From NCBI RefSeq assembly GCF_011386835.1, contig NC_088800.1:86676001-86740000 (forward strand): DNA of 64,000 nt. The letters run 5' to 3'. Of this stretch, positions 11,101 to 23,100 are shown piece after piece. A program made the translations under genes and the position numbers. The notes beneath the pieces were generated by a model. That model saw only the letters and a list, made by a program, of their open reading frames with translations. It made no database searches and was not told the origin of the DNA. The stretch comes from Chrysemys picta bellii (lineage: Eukaryota). Position 1 is the first letter of the stretch, and every line of letters begins with the position of its first letter.

Positions 11101-14100
11101 ATTCAGCTTATGAACGGTATATACGGTAACTCTTTTCATCCTTCCAATTTCTGCATAATTGAGCTATGAAAAAGTGTACAACTCTCCATCAAGATCTAGT
11201 CCTGTCTCCAGCACAAGACTGCAATTAGTGGTTATTATAAAGGTATTAAAATGATAGGAAGGGAAATATTCATGGGAGTATAGAAGGGAGAGAAAATACA
11301 AGAGATATTGAATAAATGACTATGATAACATTACAAAATAATGGATTAGGTAGTTAGCTGTGACCAAGAGGAATTACTAAAGCATAGGACTCACGATGGA
11401 TTTCTTATCTATGACGTATGTCCTCACTTCTTCCTTTAGACTTTTAACTAAAATCTTTCCTTTTAACTCCTACTTCCATCACCCATGTCAGTCTGACACT
11501 CTAAGTTCATCTTCTTGAGAACAGGACATAGATAAAAACAAGCTCTAATTATAGAAGATAAGCCAAGCAATGCACACCTTAAATGAGGAGCACCCTTTGA
11601 AGTGCAATGCAGAAAGCAGCAACTGCTCGGAAAAGATACAAAAGGAAATGCAGCAGCACAGAGGCACTTTGTTTTTACACCATAGAGAAGACAAAAATGT
11701 AAACCAATATTCTCCATTTTAATGCAATAATTACCCTGGCCCTATGGCTGTCACAGACTAATTCCAATCAAATTGATGGGAGGATGATCATTTACTGAGC
11801 AAATTACTTGGCACTTATTCTGCATCCTCCAAACATTAACTGATTACTTCTCATAACATCTCTGAAATTGACAGGTCAGTGAGGCACAGCCAGGGGAAGT
11901 TGCTTGCCCTAGGATCAAAAGGTGCTTTAGAAATATTAATCCTCAAAATCTGTAGCAGAGGGAAAGGTAAGTAATTATTCAAACACTAATTAGCCAATAG
12001 AGCACACCTATCAATAATGAAATGGAGAGCAACTCTGACTTGACTGCACCAACACCCAGCCCATGCTGTAATAGGACTAGTTCTCCATCAATCATTTAGC
12101 CCAACAAAAATGAAATCACCGTACTGAGTGTTGCCACAAGATTGGTGCCACAAATTCATAGATTTTAAGTCCATAAGAGACCATTATGGTAATCTAGTCC
12201 GACTTCCTGGAAATCACAGGACCACAGAACCCAGACAGTGGTTTCTGCTAGGCCTTGGAAGAAGACCTGTGCTGTATGGGAGCTAATGTTTGCAAATCTC
12301 AATATAAGTATTAATTATTATTATCTTGCAGCAGGAAATTGTTATCCAAGCTAGCATAACAGTCCAGCTAAGCTCTCTTACTCAGACAAGTTCCCCCTAT
12401 TCTTCTCCCCCATCTTTGCAGCATCATCCCGTTCTGGCCAAGGGGAGCAAGGCATGGGTTCCTTTAGTTATCTGGAGGCAAAGGGGTTATTTGAGAGTGA
12501 TGTCCTCCGCATACTGTGCTATCTCCACAGCACTTTCAGCTTCTGCTGGCCTGTCTTCAAGATTGTAAATTGAATTCCCTGCAGTGGCACATGCTGTCTT
12601 CTCTAAACTAGATTGCAATTTCACAGCCCTGAAACAAGTCACCCAACTCATTTCAGTTCCTAGAACAGATAATGAGAGTGGTGCCAGTATTCCTAGCAGT
12701 ATTCCAGCTCTGAGAGAGACTCTCTGTGGCCTTAGATAAGTCACTGAGCCTCCCTGTGCTGTGGGGATTAAATGACTTATGCAGTGCTCTGAAGATAAGA
12801 AATGTTATGAATGCTAAGTATTATAATCCACAATTGAGAGTTATGGCTAAGAATAAGATTATGTCCCAGAGGTCATGGATCTCCCAGGCACCAGCCCTGG
12901 AGCTCCGAGCTGCTGCGGGTGGAAGGGGACCCCGGAGCAACGAGCTCCCGTGGGTGGTGGGTGCTGCCCCCCTCATCCGTGACTTTTACTAAAAATAACC
13001 ATGATGAAATCTTAACCTTATTTATGGCATAGTAAAACAAATAAACTCAAGCTTTCCAAGTACAGATACATAAAATATTTTGTAATATTCAGCCACCTGA
13101 AGAAAGCCTATCTGGGAAAGAAACAGAGTGAACATTTGATTTTGAATGATTAATATAAAAAGAGCAGGAGCTATTCCTTTAATAAAGTTTATTCTTGACT
13201 GAAACTGGTCTTTATGATGGGACTGCGAACAATGGCATGCACCCGATATGCGACTGCTAGCAGCAAATATCGCGAACGGCGGGAGACATGATGCTAGATG
13301 GGGAAGGCTCCGAGTTACAACAGAGAATTCTTTCGCAGATGTCTGGCTGGTGGGTCTTGCTCAGGGTCTAACTGATTGCCATATTTGGGGTCAGGAAGGA
13401 ATTTTCCCCCAGGTCAAATTGGCAGAGACCCCGAGGTTTTTTCTCCTTCCTCTGCAGTGTGGGGGATGGATCACTTGCAGGTTTGAACAAGTGTAAATGG
13501 TGGATTCTCCATAATTTGAATTTTTTAAATCATGATTTGAGGACTTTAGTAACTCAGCCAGAAGTGATGGGTTTATTACAGCAGTGGATGGGTGAGGTTC
13601 TGTGACCTGCGATGTGCAGGAGGTCAGACTAGATGACCATAATGGCCTCTTCTGACCTTAAAATCTATGAGTCTAGTCTGTACATACACAACTAGTCAAT
13701 ACCTGGAGTAATAGTCTTAGTCACTTACCTTTAGTGCCTATCCACAGCTGATCTTGCTCTAGTTTAAAGGTCAGCCTCACTTTCCCCCCTGTTTTGTTGT
13801 ACATGCCGGATAAGGGCACTGTTGGCAGGCGCTCCTAAAAATACGCAATACGAAAAGTGAAAATGCAAGACTTAAAATGTACAAGAAAAAGCGGTAGAGT
13901 ACTAAGATAGCAGGGGGAAACAAATCTGGAAAAAGTCTCAGGGAGCATGAACAATGGGCTGGTAATGTATTTCCTGATCAGACAGTGGTCCAAGTGGTTA
14001 TTTAACTTACCTGAACACCCTTAACAGAAGGCATCACGTCTTCAGGTTTTCCTTTATCCAATACTTTTCTGTGTTGCTATAACGAAAACCAGAAATTAGA

Positions 14101-16300
14101 CTACTGAAACGGGACACAAAGCTTTTAATTTAACCCCTGACCACTTCCTGAAATACTGTGCAATAGCTCTATGTAACGTTTTTTTAAAATAGGGTAAGTC
14201 ATTTATCAAACAGAAACTGGTTAGTTTTAAAAGTCAACAGGGTTTTTTTTAATGACTGTCTAAAGAAATACCGTGAGAATCAAAACCCAAAGAAGATGCA
14301 AAAAAGGAAAAAGTCTTCTATTGTGTGCAGAAGCCAGGCACAAGTTTAATATCACAGAGGAGTTATCCCTTAGCAAGACAATTGTAATAATCAGGTGTTA
14401 TGTTCAATGACTGTCAAATACTTTATTAAATCTAGGGATTGTAACACAGAAACAAAACCAGAATAAATTAGAGCACTAGTACTAACAAAACACATGCTGG
14501 CAACTGACAAGTTTGCGGAGTACCTTTGAACAATGATTAAATGTACAGTAAATGTGAACTATGATAGATTATAAAAAGACAAAAGCATATTTCATAAAAG
14601 AGTTGCAAACCAACAGTGAACATTAACTTTTAATGGAATTTGTTGCTGATGAAAAATATGTGGCTGAAAACAACTAGAATTAAAAGCCCTTTATTCAGCC
14701 CTACCACAGATGCAGCACAGCCAGGAGAGCATGCTTTCTTACACTGTCGCTGAACTTTCTTATGGGGGGAAAAACACCTTTAGATGTGAGAGGAGTTCAG
14801 TGTTCTCTGGGCTGATGAAGCTGCCAAAAAAGGGACCAACTATGAAGGTGGTTTGGGAGACATAGAAACTAGACTGCTAGGAATGGGACTAAGATCATTA
14901 AGTTATTTCACATTAGTGACTGACCAGCCACCAATTTTTGCTCACCTGACCTAAAAGAGTAGACTAAAAATTGAATATGAAGCCTGTCTCTTGGGAATCC
15001 TTGCTACTAACATTTGTCTTACTGAGTTGCCGAGCTCCATAAGTCACCAGTGCAACACTGTCCTTGCAAATCCAGGGCTTCCACTGGACTAGATAGATAC
15101 CAATATGTTCTGTTAGAACTCATCTAGGCTGGCCCCTTCTTGTAATAATGATTGTAAGTAAGAAATAGTCTACGTCAGAGTGGAATAGAACCCAAGGGTT
15201 AGAACACAACGCTACACAAGAACTGTATGAGCCCAGATTTCCTTGTCCCAGGCCAACAGTTACTGAGACATCACTTACCTTTTGTCTACAAAGAGGCTCT
15301 TTTTTATTTTCTTCAGATTTCACCTCTTGTTGAGCAGCTTCTTTGGGAGTATTTACTGCTAGCACATCATTGATAGTTGAACCAACAACCATTATTTTTG
15401 CACCATTTGTTACTTTGATTTCCCGTAATGTTTTCTCCTCTGGTAGAAGTCCTTTAAACATGACTTTCTGCATAGTGGGTGGAAGGCCTAAGAGGCAAGA
15501 ATTAAAGGGCATTTTAAACCCCCATGAGTATATTTGTGGTCAGAAGAGAACCAAACTTATGTGGCAAGTAGTTATGTCTGCATGCTGCACACGCTACACT
15601 TTACCTGTGAGTGAGTGGATTTTCTCTTTCAGATCAGCCCCTGTGCTGTCAAGCGGGAACTTCACATCATATTTATTTTTGTTCCAAATGATTTTTAATT
15701 CTACTAGTTCCTTCCCAGTCTCGGAATCGCCACCGTTGCTGACTGAAGCCTGTGAAATGTCGGAATCCTCGTGCAGTTGGTCCATTTCCAGGGCTTTTCC
15801 AGCCGCGGAGGAATTGCTTTCCCCAGCATCTCCACAGCAGAGCTCCAGTTTCTGAGCTTCTGTTTCCATACCAGGTTCATCAACTTCTAAGGAGACAAAC
15901 AGACCCAGACAAGCCCAGAGGGAGGCACGTTGGGCGATTAACGCTGCCGAGGGCTCCCGCCGGCGGCTCTGCTCTCCCCCGTCCCCTGGCCCTAAGGCAG
16001 CCGCTTCGCTCCGCTCCGCAGCCTCTGCTCCCTCCAGCCAGGAACCAGGGCCCGGGCTCTCGGGGGAGGGACACGCCGCCCCGCAGCTGCCCGGGAGACT
16101 CGGACACCCCTTCCCGTGGCGGGGGGCAGCTGCCAGGGCTCCCCCCGGTCCCGGGCTGCGCCTTCCCTCCCGGGGCCCTGTCCTCCCATGGCAGGCTCTG
16201 GGGCAGCCCTCCGACCCCGGCACCAGGCCCCATCCCACCACGGACCCTGCCCCGGCTGCCACCAGCGCTCACCCTCAGCGGAGGCAGAGGCGGCAGCCAT
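8071..16300 (-). CDS. UBFD1: Ubiquitin domain-containing protein UBFD1, complete; join(16300-16273,15886-15605,15487-15279,14076-14011,13834-13729,9916-9834,8181-8071) = 885 nt, 294 aa
   Basis: All introns GT-AG with consistent phases. Translation contains ELVELKIIWNKNKYDVKFPLDSTG, GAKIMVVGSTINDVLAVNTPK and YYWVYWVPTQYVDAIKDTVLGKWQYF*, matching recalled human UBFD1. Head-to-head with EARS2 as in human. Confidence 0.96.
8966..9137. mobile_element. Tc1/mariner (Tigger-like) MITE
   Basis: ta|caccgctacctcgatataac ... gttatattggagtagaggtg|ta, TA target duplication. Confidence 0.85.
9834..9916 (-). CDS. UBFD1: UBFD1 coding exon 6
   Basis: ERTEKIPMGSIKNVVNEPIEGHEDYHMM. Confidence 0.96.
10156..10276. 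mobile_element. Old palindromic MITE remnant
   Basis: ctgatcctgaaaacacttatgcatgtgcttagcttt ... aaagtgaagcacgtacatatatgtatgtgggatcag, imperfect inverted arms. Confidence 0.5.
10297..11126. mobile_element. Tc1/mariner-type non-autonomous element with GC-rich interior
   Basis: ta|ccgtatatacttgatcataagcc ... gcttatgaacggtatatacgg|ta. Confidence 0.85.
12156..12236 (-). mobile_element. CR1 LINE 3' end fragment
   Basis: tcatagattttaagtccataagagaccattatggtaatctagtccgac is the reverse of the CR1 tail at 13620-13675. Confidence 0.7.
12700..12826 (+). mobile_element. CORE-SINE (MIR-like) remnant
   Basis: ctgtggccttagataagtcactgagcctccctgtg ... aatgctaagtattat; boundaries approximate. Confidence 0.6.
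12848..13020. mobile_element. hAT-type MITE (TAAGGCT... termini)
   Basis: Right end ccgtgacttttactaaaaataaccatgatgaaatcttaacctta; 8-bp TSD GTTATGGC/TTTATGGC; related to 42744-43133. Confidence 0.75.
13215..13675 (+). mobile_element. CR1 LINE 3' UTR fragment (UBFD1 intron 5)
   Basis: ggtcagactagatgaccataatggcctcttctgaccttaaaatctatgagtct tail; interior matches 52985-53370; start approximate. Confidence 0.85.
13729..13834 (-). CDS. UBFD1: UBFD1 coding exon 5
   Basis: ERLPTVPLSGMYNKTGGKVRLTFKLEQDQLWIGTK. Confidence 0.96.
14011..14076 (-). CDS. UBFD1: UBFD1 coding exon 4
   Basis: QHRKVLDKGKPEDVMPSVKGVQ; atag| and |gtaagt. Confidence 0.96.
15279..15487 (-). CDS. UBFD1: UBFD1 coding exon 3
   Basis: GLPPTMQKVMFKGLL...EPLCRQK; tag| and |gtaagt. 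Confidence 0.96.
15605..15886 (-). CDS. UBFD1: UBFD1 coding exon 2
   Basis: ttag|AA GTT GAT GAA CCT ... CTC ACA G|gtaa; start of ubiquitin-like domain. Confidence 0.93.
16273..16300 (-). CDS. UBFD1: UBFD1 coding exon 1 (MAAASASAE)
   Basis: ATG at 16300-16298, donor G|gtgag, phase 1 joins exon 2 in frame; similar short first exon in human. Confidence 0.85.
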
Positions 16301-17030
16301 GATGATTGTGTACAATCCGCCCGCGGGGGGTGCTGGGAAACGCCGTGCGCTGGGATTGGCCCCCACCGGCCCCCGTACGCCAAGGATTGGCCCCTGCTGG
16401 CCCCCGTATCCCGCTTCCACCACTAGAGGCGGCTAGGCTCGAGTCCTCCGGCCGCGTTCGCTGCTCTCGAGCCCGGTCCCGTGGCGGGCTGGGCCCGCTC
16501 CCCTCGGCTCCAGCGCGCGGGCAGGACGTGGCCCCTGCTGCACCCCGCGCCCCGAAACGGCCCCGCGCCAAACACCAGCTGCCGCCCTGGGGAGCGGGAG
16601 GGCTGGGGCCGGCGTTACCCCCCGGGTCTGGCCCCTCCTGCGAGCCTGGCCCCGCGCGCTCCGGGCATGGCTCGCGGCGGGGCCCGGGGAGAGGTGACGT
16701 TGACACCTTGCCGGGAATTCGCGCGCTGCGAAGGCACGTAGCCCCTTTGCACGTGCCCCTTCTCCAGCCTGACCCCCGCAGCCCCTGGGAGAACCGGAGT
16801 TAGTTGGGGTGTGGGGCTATGAGGGGCCAAGGCGGAGTGACTTGGAGCGCGGCCCCCCGTTTAGACACGACAACAGTGCCTGGGTAAAGGGGACCTTGCG
16901 CCTTTAATGGACGCCCCGCCCTACAGTGTGGGGGTGCAGCTGATTGGCTGGCTGTGCAAACCCGGATGCAATTCTCCGCAGCCACGTGGGTGCGGAGCTC
17001 CATGCTGGCTGTGCCGGAACGGGCTCTCCT

Positions 17031-17175
17031 ATGGCGCCTGCGCTGCGGGGGGTTGGGCCCCTCCTGCGGGTTGCTCCTCGCTGGCTGCCCCCGCGGGGTG
17101 CCGGGGTGTCGTCTCAGGCGGGGGATGTGCCCTGCGGAGCGGGGGTGAGGGTGCGGTTCGCGCCCAGCCCCACAG
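17031..17175 (+). CDS. EARS2: EARS2 exon 1
   Basis: [18 protein letters not shown]...[11 protein letters not shown]|gtaaag; start ATG inferred as the only in-frame ATG. Confidence 0.88.
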
Positions 17176-20100
17176 GTAAAGGACCCCAGTCCCAGCACAG
17201 GGCGGCGGTAGCAGTTGGGGTTAGAGTTTCTTGTCCTTGCCTACATCTGAAGTTGTCCCTACTGGGATGGCACATTATTGGCCGGGAGGGGGTTCTGCCC
17301 TACTGGAAGGGACACTCGGGGTGGTGGTGGTGGTAATTTGATTGAGAATTGTAAATGTCTCTTTGAAACACCCATTGAGACTTTCCAAAAGGGCCTGACA
17401 ACTAAATCAAAACTACCGAAATGTAGCTAATATTCGAGAGGATAAACTTGATGTGAGTTAAAAATGAGCCTCATTTGTTGTGATTCAGGAGTGGGGATGT
17501 AAATAGAATGGTGAAATTCCTTTGGAATCTAAATATTAACTTAAACTATAAAAATCTAGTACAGAGCCAGAAATAATTTAAAAAAATTAAAAGTTGCTGT
17601 TTCATAACCCTTCCCCCATCAATAATATTTTCTGCTCTTTTCCCAACCCACCTGCTTTTGGCATTTGCACTTTTGGAGAAACTCTAATTTAAAAGTTTTC
17701 AAAGTACTTCACGAACAATTAGATAAGCTTCACAGTGCCCCTGTGTGAGAGAGCTCTATGATATCACTCTTCTCCTGAGTTTAAAGGCCCAGGGTCACAC
17801 GCAAAGGCTTTGTATACATACTGAAGTTGCATCAGTTGAGCTAGAATAAATGTCTTAAATCGATTTAGTTAAACCCATGGAAATGGCTCTATGCACTCTT
17901 AAATCTGGGTTGTGTCAATATAGTTTTAAGCTGATTCCTTCTCAATTTAAGTTATAATAGATATAAGCAATAGAAAACTGATTTAAGAGTATCCACACAG
18001 AGGTTTCCAGTGGTTTAAGTAAATAGATATATTTCAAAAAATGAAACTGATACAAGTTTTGTATCTAAACAAGGCCTGTGCCTGTGGCAGATCTGAGAAT
18101 GGAACTCCAACTACCAGCTGCCACTTCTGGGTCACAGGAATAGATGCCTTAAAAATAATTAAGGACACAATCTGACAAACTGTTCTATCTGTATGAGCCC
18201 CTCAGCCTGTACAGAGACCCATGGACTTCAGTGTGTCAGTGCCGAGTGGTTTGTAGTAACAGCCTAAGATGGCTAGTTCTGCATGCTCAGTACTAGCACT
18301 CTCTCCCAGTGAAAATATACGGGTCTATTTTTAGTCCCTTTTGTTTTCAGGTTCTCTTTTGTAGCTTGCTACAAGGGTTTGTTTAATGTGGGTTGCAGGG
18401 GAAACCCTCTGAACTGAAACTGAACCTGAACCTTCACGAAAACACTTCTGCGATACCTGACATTTACATCCTTTCGTCTGTGAAGGCTCCCAAAACATTT
18501 AAATACCTTTAAAAAAATGTATGTTTTACACCAAACTGACATCGTCCCTTAATAGATCTGTCTTATCACACTTGGCAATTAGTTGCATTAGGGATCAGTT
18601 AAACTGCATATGGGTATGTTGTATGCCGAGTCAGGAGCAGATCTTGCAGTGTTCTGCTCCAGCAGTACAAGTCTCCCAAATAAATAAGATAGAGGGCAGT
18701 TTCCTTCCTCTGTAACTAGAAGCACCGATTAATGGCCTCAGCTCCTAGAGGATGGGATCATTACAAACTGGCAAATGTTTGGGCAGAGTTGGCAATATGT
18801 GCAGACTCTTGTGATCACACAGCCCATCCTGCCTTTAGTATGCCATTGCTTTTGACCCTCAGGTTGCATATTTACTCTTTGAAGACTTGTCTGTAATAGG
18901 AAATTGAACATCAATATGAGATCCCCTGAACCAGTACTGGAACTTGTGTAAGTGCTAGTGCAGACCACACAAAACTCTTCAGTGTTTCAGAGTGGAAGAC
19001 AGAAGCTAGTTATGCCTTCTGAAAGCGTTTTGAGAATGGCTTTCTTCAGTGGACACTGTCATTTAAACCATATTTAGCACCAGCTCAGGGAAGCCATTTC
19101 TGAAAACCAGTCAACAGTGCTTCAGTTTCCTAGTGTAGACAGAGCTTTAATGGCCTGCATAGCCATTTGTTGTTTCACTGTGCTGTTCAGGTGCAATAAT
19201 GTGTTAAATGCCATCATAAACAATAGTTTACAGCTCCTGTTGAAAAACCTCTTTGTCGATTGTATTTAATTTGGCCTGACTTGCTCTGCTTTCGCTCTGA
19301 TAACCCAGGCTTTCTGCACTTGGGCGGCCTTCGTACTGCTTTGTACAATTACATTTTTGCCAGAAAACACCAAGGGGCTTTTATCTTGAGACTGGAAGAT
19401 ACGGATCAAAGTCGCGTGGTGACTGGGGCTGCAGAAGGAATAGAGGATATGCTGGATTGGGCAGGTAACTTCCAAGTCTACACACTTCCCTTCTTAACTA
19501 CTGAAACAATCTACACCATGAAGAGTTTTACTATTAAAAAGAACCTCACTAAAATTCAAAGTCCTGTCAGCACTGTCCCTTGCTATTCAATATATTGATC
19601 TAGTGGTTATCGTAAAGGGCTAGGAGCCAGAAGGGTCAGACTTTAGCTAATGATTAGGTGAATGTCCTTTGGTTATCCTGTGCAGAAGGACCCATGCATG
19701 TTTAGCTGGAAAGAGATGCATCCCTCCCAAAGAGGTGTGTGGGAGGTTGGCGAAAAGGCCAGGAGTTGGAACTAAGAGAACTCAGCATGAGTTAAAAAAT
19801 TGTGTGTGTGTAATTTGCAAAAAAGGGTTCTGTGACATGTCTTATAAGATTCAGAGGTGGCTGTTCATCTGTGTACACACCAGTCCCCGGGCTGCATCCT
19901 TTGCCTTTTTTTGTGCTTGGATGAGTTTTAAAGATACTACATTGGTGGTGAGCGTTTGAGAAGATGGTTTCAGAGTAGCAGCCGTGTTAGTCTGTATCAG
20001 CAAAAAAAACAGGAGTACTTGTGGCACCTTAGAGACTAACAAATTTATTAGAGCATAAGCTTTCGTGGACTACAGCCCACTTCTTCGGATGCATATAGAA

Positions 20101-23100
20101 GATGGTGTTACTGTAAATTCTGTTTACCATGTTTATATTTAAAGATAGAATTCCAAGTACTCTGGTAATCAAATAACTTTACAGTAGAGAAAATAATGGG
20201 TTCTAAAATCTCAGCTGTATTTCTGTGAAGATAGTGTAACTTACCAGAGGAAGCTGTGTGCATGTGCCCATACTTACATACCGCCACACTCGGCTACTTG
20301 AAACGTATTAGACCTGCTCAAGTATTTGCCAGTTTGTGATGGTCTCGCTTGCCAGTGGCGGGAAACCTGAAAGAGACTATAAACCAGGGGTGGCCAAACT
20401 TACTGACCGTCCGAGCCGAATCTGACAATCTTCAGAAGTTCAAGAGTAGGTCTGCCCGGGCTTGGGGCTTCTTCCCTGCGGGCGGCACCTACCAGGGCTC
20501 AGGGCTTCAGCCCCGCTCCTGCTGAAGCCCTGAGCCCCAGCAGGTGTGCCTTGCAGGACTGAATTCCCCAAGGCCGCCCCCCTCCCCACTGGGCAGAAGC
20601 CCCTACTCCACCATCTTCCTGCAAGACAGAGGTCCCGAGCTCTCTCCTCACCCAAGTCTAGTAGGTGGAGAATGGGGTGGGACTCCATGATCCGCACTTT
20701 AACTGTAAAAGAGCCGCATGTGGCTTGCGAGCCACAGTTTGGCCACCGCTGCTATAAATGCTAACACTATTGATGGCCATGGAAGATTCCGCTATAGTTC
20801 ACCAGGTAGAGTCCCATGCTGCGTGTGAGCAGTGTGCTCTGTGGACACACTCCAAAGTAAAACTCTTGCCTTCTAATCCCTGTTGAATGCTCTGTCATCA
20901 AACTTTACCTTGGATTGAGAGCTTGTTAAATCCCATAACTCTGGCATTCCAGGTATCCCACCTGATGAAAGCCCTCACAGGGGAGGCCCGGTCGGGCCCT
21001 ACCAGCAGTCTCACAGACTTGAGCTGTATAAGAAAGCCAGCGAGGTTCTTCTGGAGAATGGCGCTGCCTACCGCTGCTTTTGCACCCCTCAGCGCCTGGA
21101 ACTGCTGAAGAAGGATGCGCTACGGAATCGGCAGACACCACGGTAGGGGGCTTCCTGTGGAGTGCGTGCATGCAAAACCAGTGAAGACGTCTCTGGCATT
21201 GGAATCTGAGACACCAGCTGCCCAACTACAGGGGCACTGAAGGCATTAACAGCTCAGAATAATTAGAGCTCTTACTTGTCAGTTTGACTTTAGCTCCAAA
21301 TGTATCTTGTTGTTGAAGAGAAAGTCCCAGTCTCTAGCCTAAATGACCATGTTTAACATTTATATAGCACACACTGTTTCTAAAGAGCATTACACACATT
21401 AACTGACCAAGCTTCTCAATCCCTCACCCTCCCAGTGAGGCATGTAAGTAGATGAACATTATAATCACCTCACAGAACGAGGGGCTGAGGCATAGAGGTG
21501 AGGTGACTTGACCCGAGTGAATTGTTGCCGGAGCTGAGATTGGAACTCAGGATCCAGACTAGAAGAGAAAAAGCTGACCTTTTGCCAATGGTACTGACCC
21601 AAGACCGTTGCTCTCCTGTCCCAAAAGGTACGACAACAGGTGCCGACACTTGAGCTCAGAGCGAGTGGCTGAGAAGTTGGCGCAGGGCTCTGACTATGTG
21701 GTCCGCTTCCAGCTGAAGGAAGGTGTGGAGCCCTTTCTTGATCTGGTCTATGGATGGAACAAGCATGAAGTAGCTACCGTGGAAGGAGACCCGGTGATCT
21801 TAAAAGGGGATGGCTTCCCCACCTATCACCTGGCAAATGTGGTGGATGACCATCACATGGGAATTAGCCACGTTCTGCGTGGAACTGAGTGGCTTACTTC
21901 AACATCCAAGCACCTTCTTATCTACAGAGCCTTTGGCTGGGACCCTCCTCGGTTTGGCCACCTTCCGTTGCTCTTGAACAAAGATGGCAGTAAACTGTCC
22001 AAAAGGCAGGGAGACATTTTTCTAGAACATTTTGTTCAAGATGGCTGCTTGCCAGAAGCTCTACTGGACATCATCACCAACTGTGGCTCTGGATTTGCAG
22101 GTACTGGGGACAGGCCTGACACACTGGGAGCTGCCCTAGGTCTGGCTACTTGACACGTTTGCTGCTTGTGGAAAGATCTGGTGTATTAATGTTTTAGCAC
22201 TGTCTGAGCTCTCTTTGGAGGGGGTCAAAAAGGAAGGTCTCAGAAAGGGTCTCTACAACCAAAATGCTGCCAGTTCCTCTGAAGTTCCCACAAGAGTGAA
22301 GAGGGTCAGGATACCTCTGGGGAGCTGTTTAAAATTGAGTCCAGTTCCTAGTGGGCAGAGGTCCAGATCTTAACGGCCACCCAGTGACAATCTCAGCAGA
22401 GAGGGAATGGATTATGGAGATTAACCCTCTCCCTCCGCTCCCCCCATCTGGGAGGTGGCCCCTCCACCCACGCTAGAGGATTTCAGTCCCCATGATTGTC
22501 TGTTCAGCACCAGCTTCACTATAAAATGAAAAGAGCTGGAGGTGGGGTGTCAGGGGAGCAGAGCTCCCCTGGGGACTGTTAAGGACACTTCTGCTGTCCG
22601 ATTAGTATTTAAAACACTACATTAAAGATTTTCCCCTGCCTGTTTAACCTGAAAGTCCATGGGAAGCTGGGCCAGTCACTCCCCTTCGGACTCTCCTTTT
22701 GCAGGAGTCTCAAACAGTCTCATGTTTCAGCAAGACAGCACTTCCTGTGTGTGGCTCAGGAACCCCGCTGCGAATTAACCCCTTCCCAGGGGATGAAACT
22801 TTCTCCCTCTGAGCGCTTTTGCTGATGGGTTGATCAACGTGAAGATGATTTCTTTTTGAGAACTGAATCAGAATGGCAAAAAGCCAGAGGGACAAGTCCC
22901 TGGTTCCAATCAGCCATAGGGCCTCTCCAGGCTGTCTGGTGCATAGGAGATGCAGTATTGTTCTAGGAAGCTTCGCAGTAATGCTCTGAATCAGTGTTTT
23001 CCCCCCAACGTTTGTAACAATTCAGTGCTGCTGTGACATGGCCTGGGTACCCTGCACTGGCGCTGCTGGGCCGACTGCTGCACGGGCAGGTGTTAGAGAT

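Larger units (their letters stand above)
15900..17220. promoter_or_regulatory. CpG island / bidirectional UBFD1-EARS2 promoter
   Basis: Very GC- and CpG-rich; divergent ATGs at 16300 (-) and 17031 (+); ATTGG at 16355, 16386, 16943; CACGTG at 16983. Confidence 0.85.

Noticed and set aside
15594-17336. Many overlapping 100-220 aa ORFs
   Set aside because: Expected in a GC-rich CpG island; only the exon portions match UBFD1 and EARS2, and several ORF starts are non-ATG
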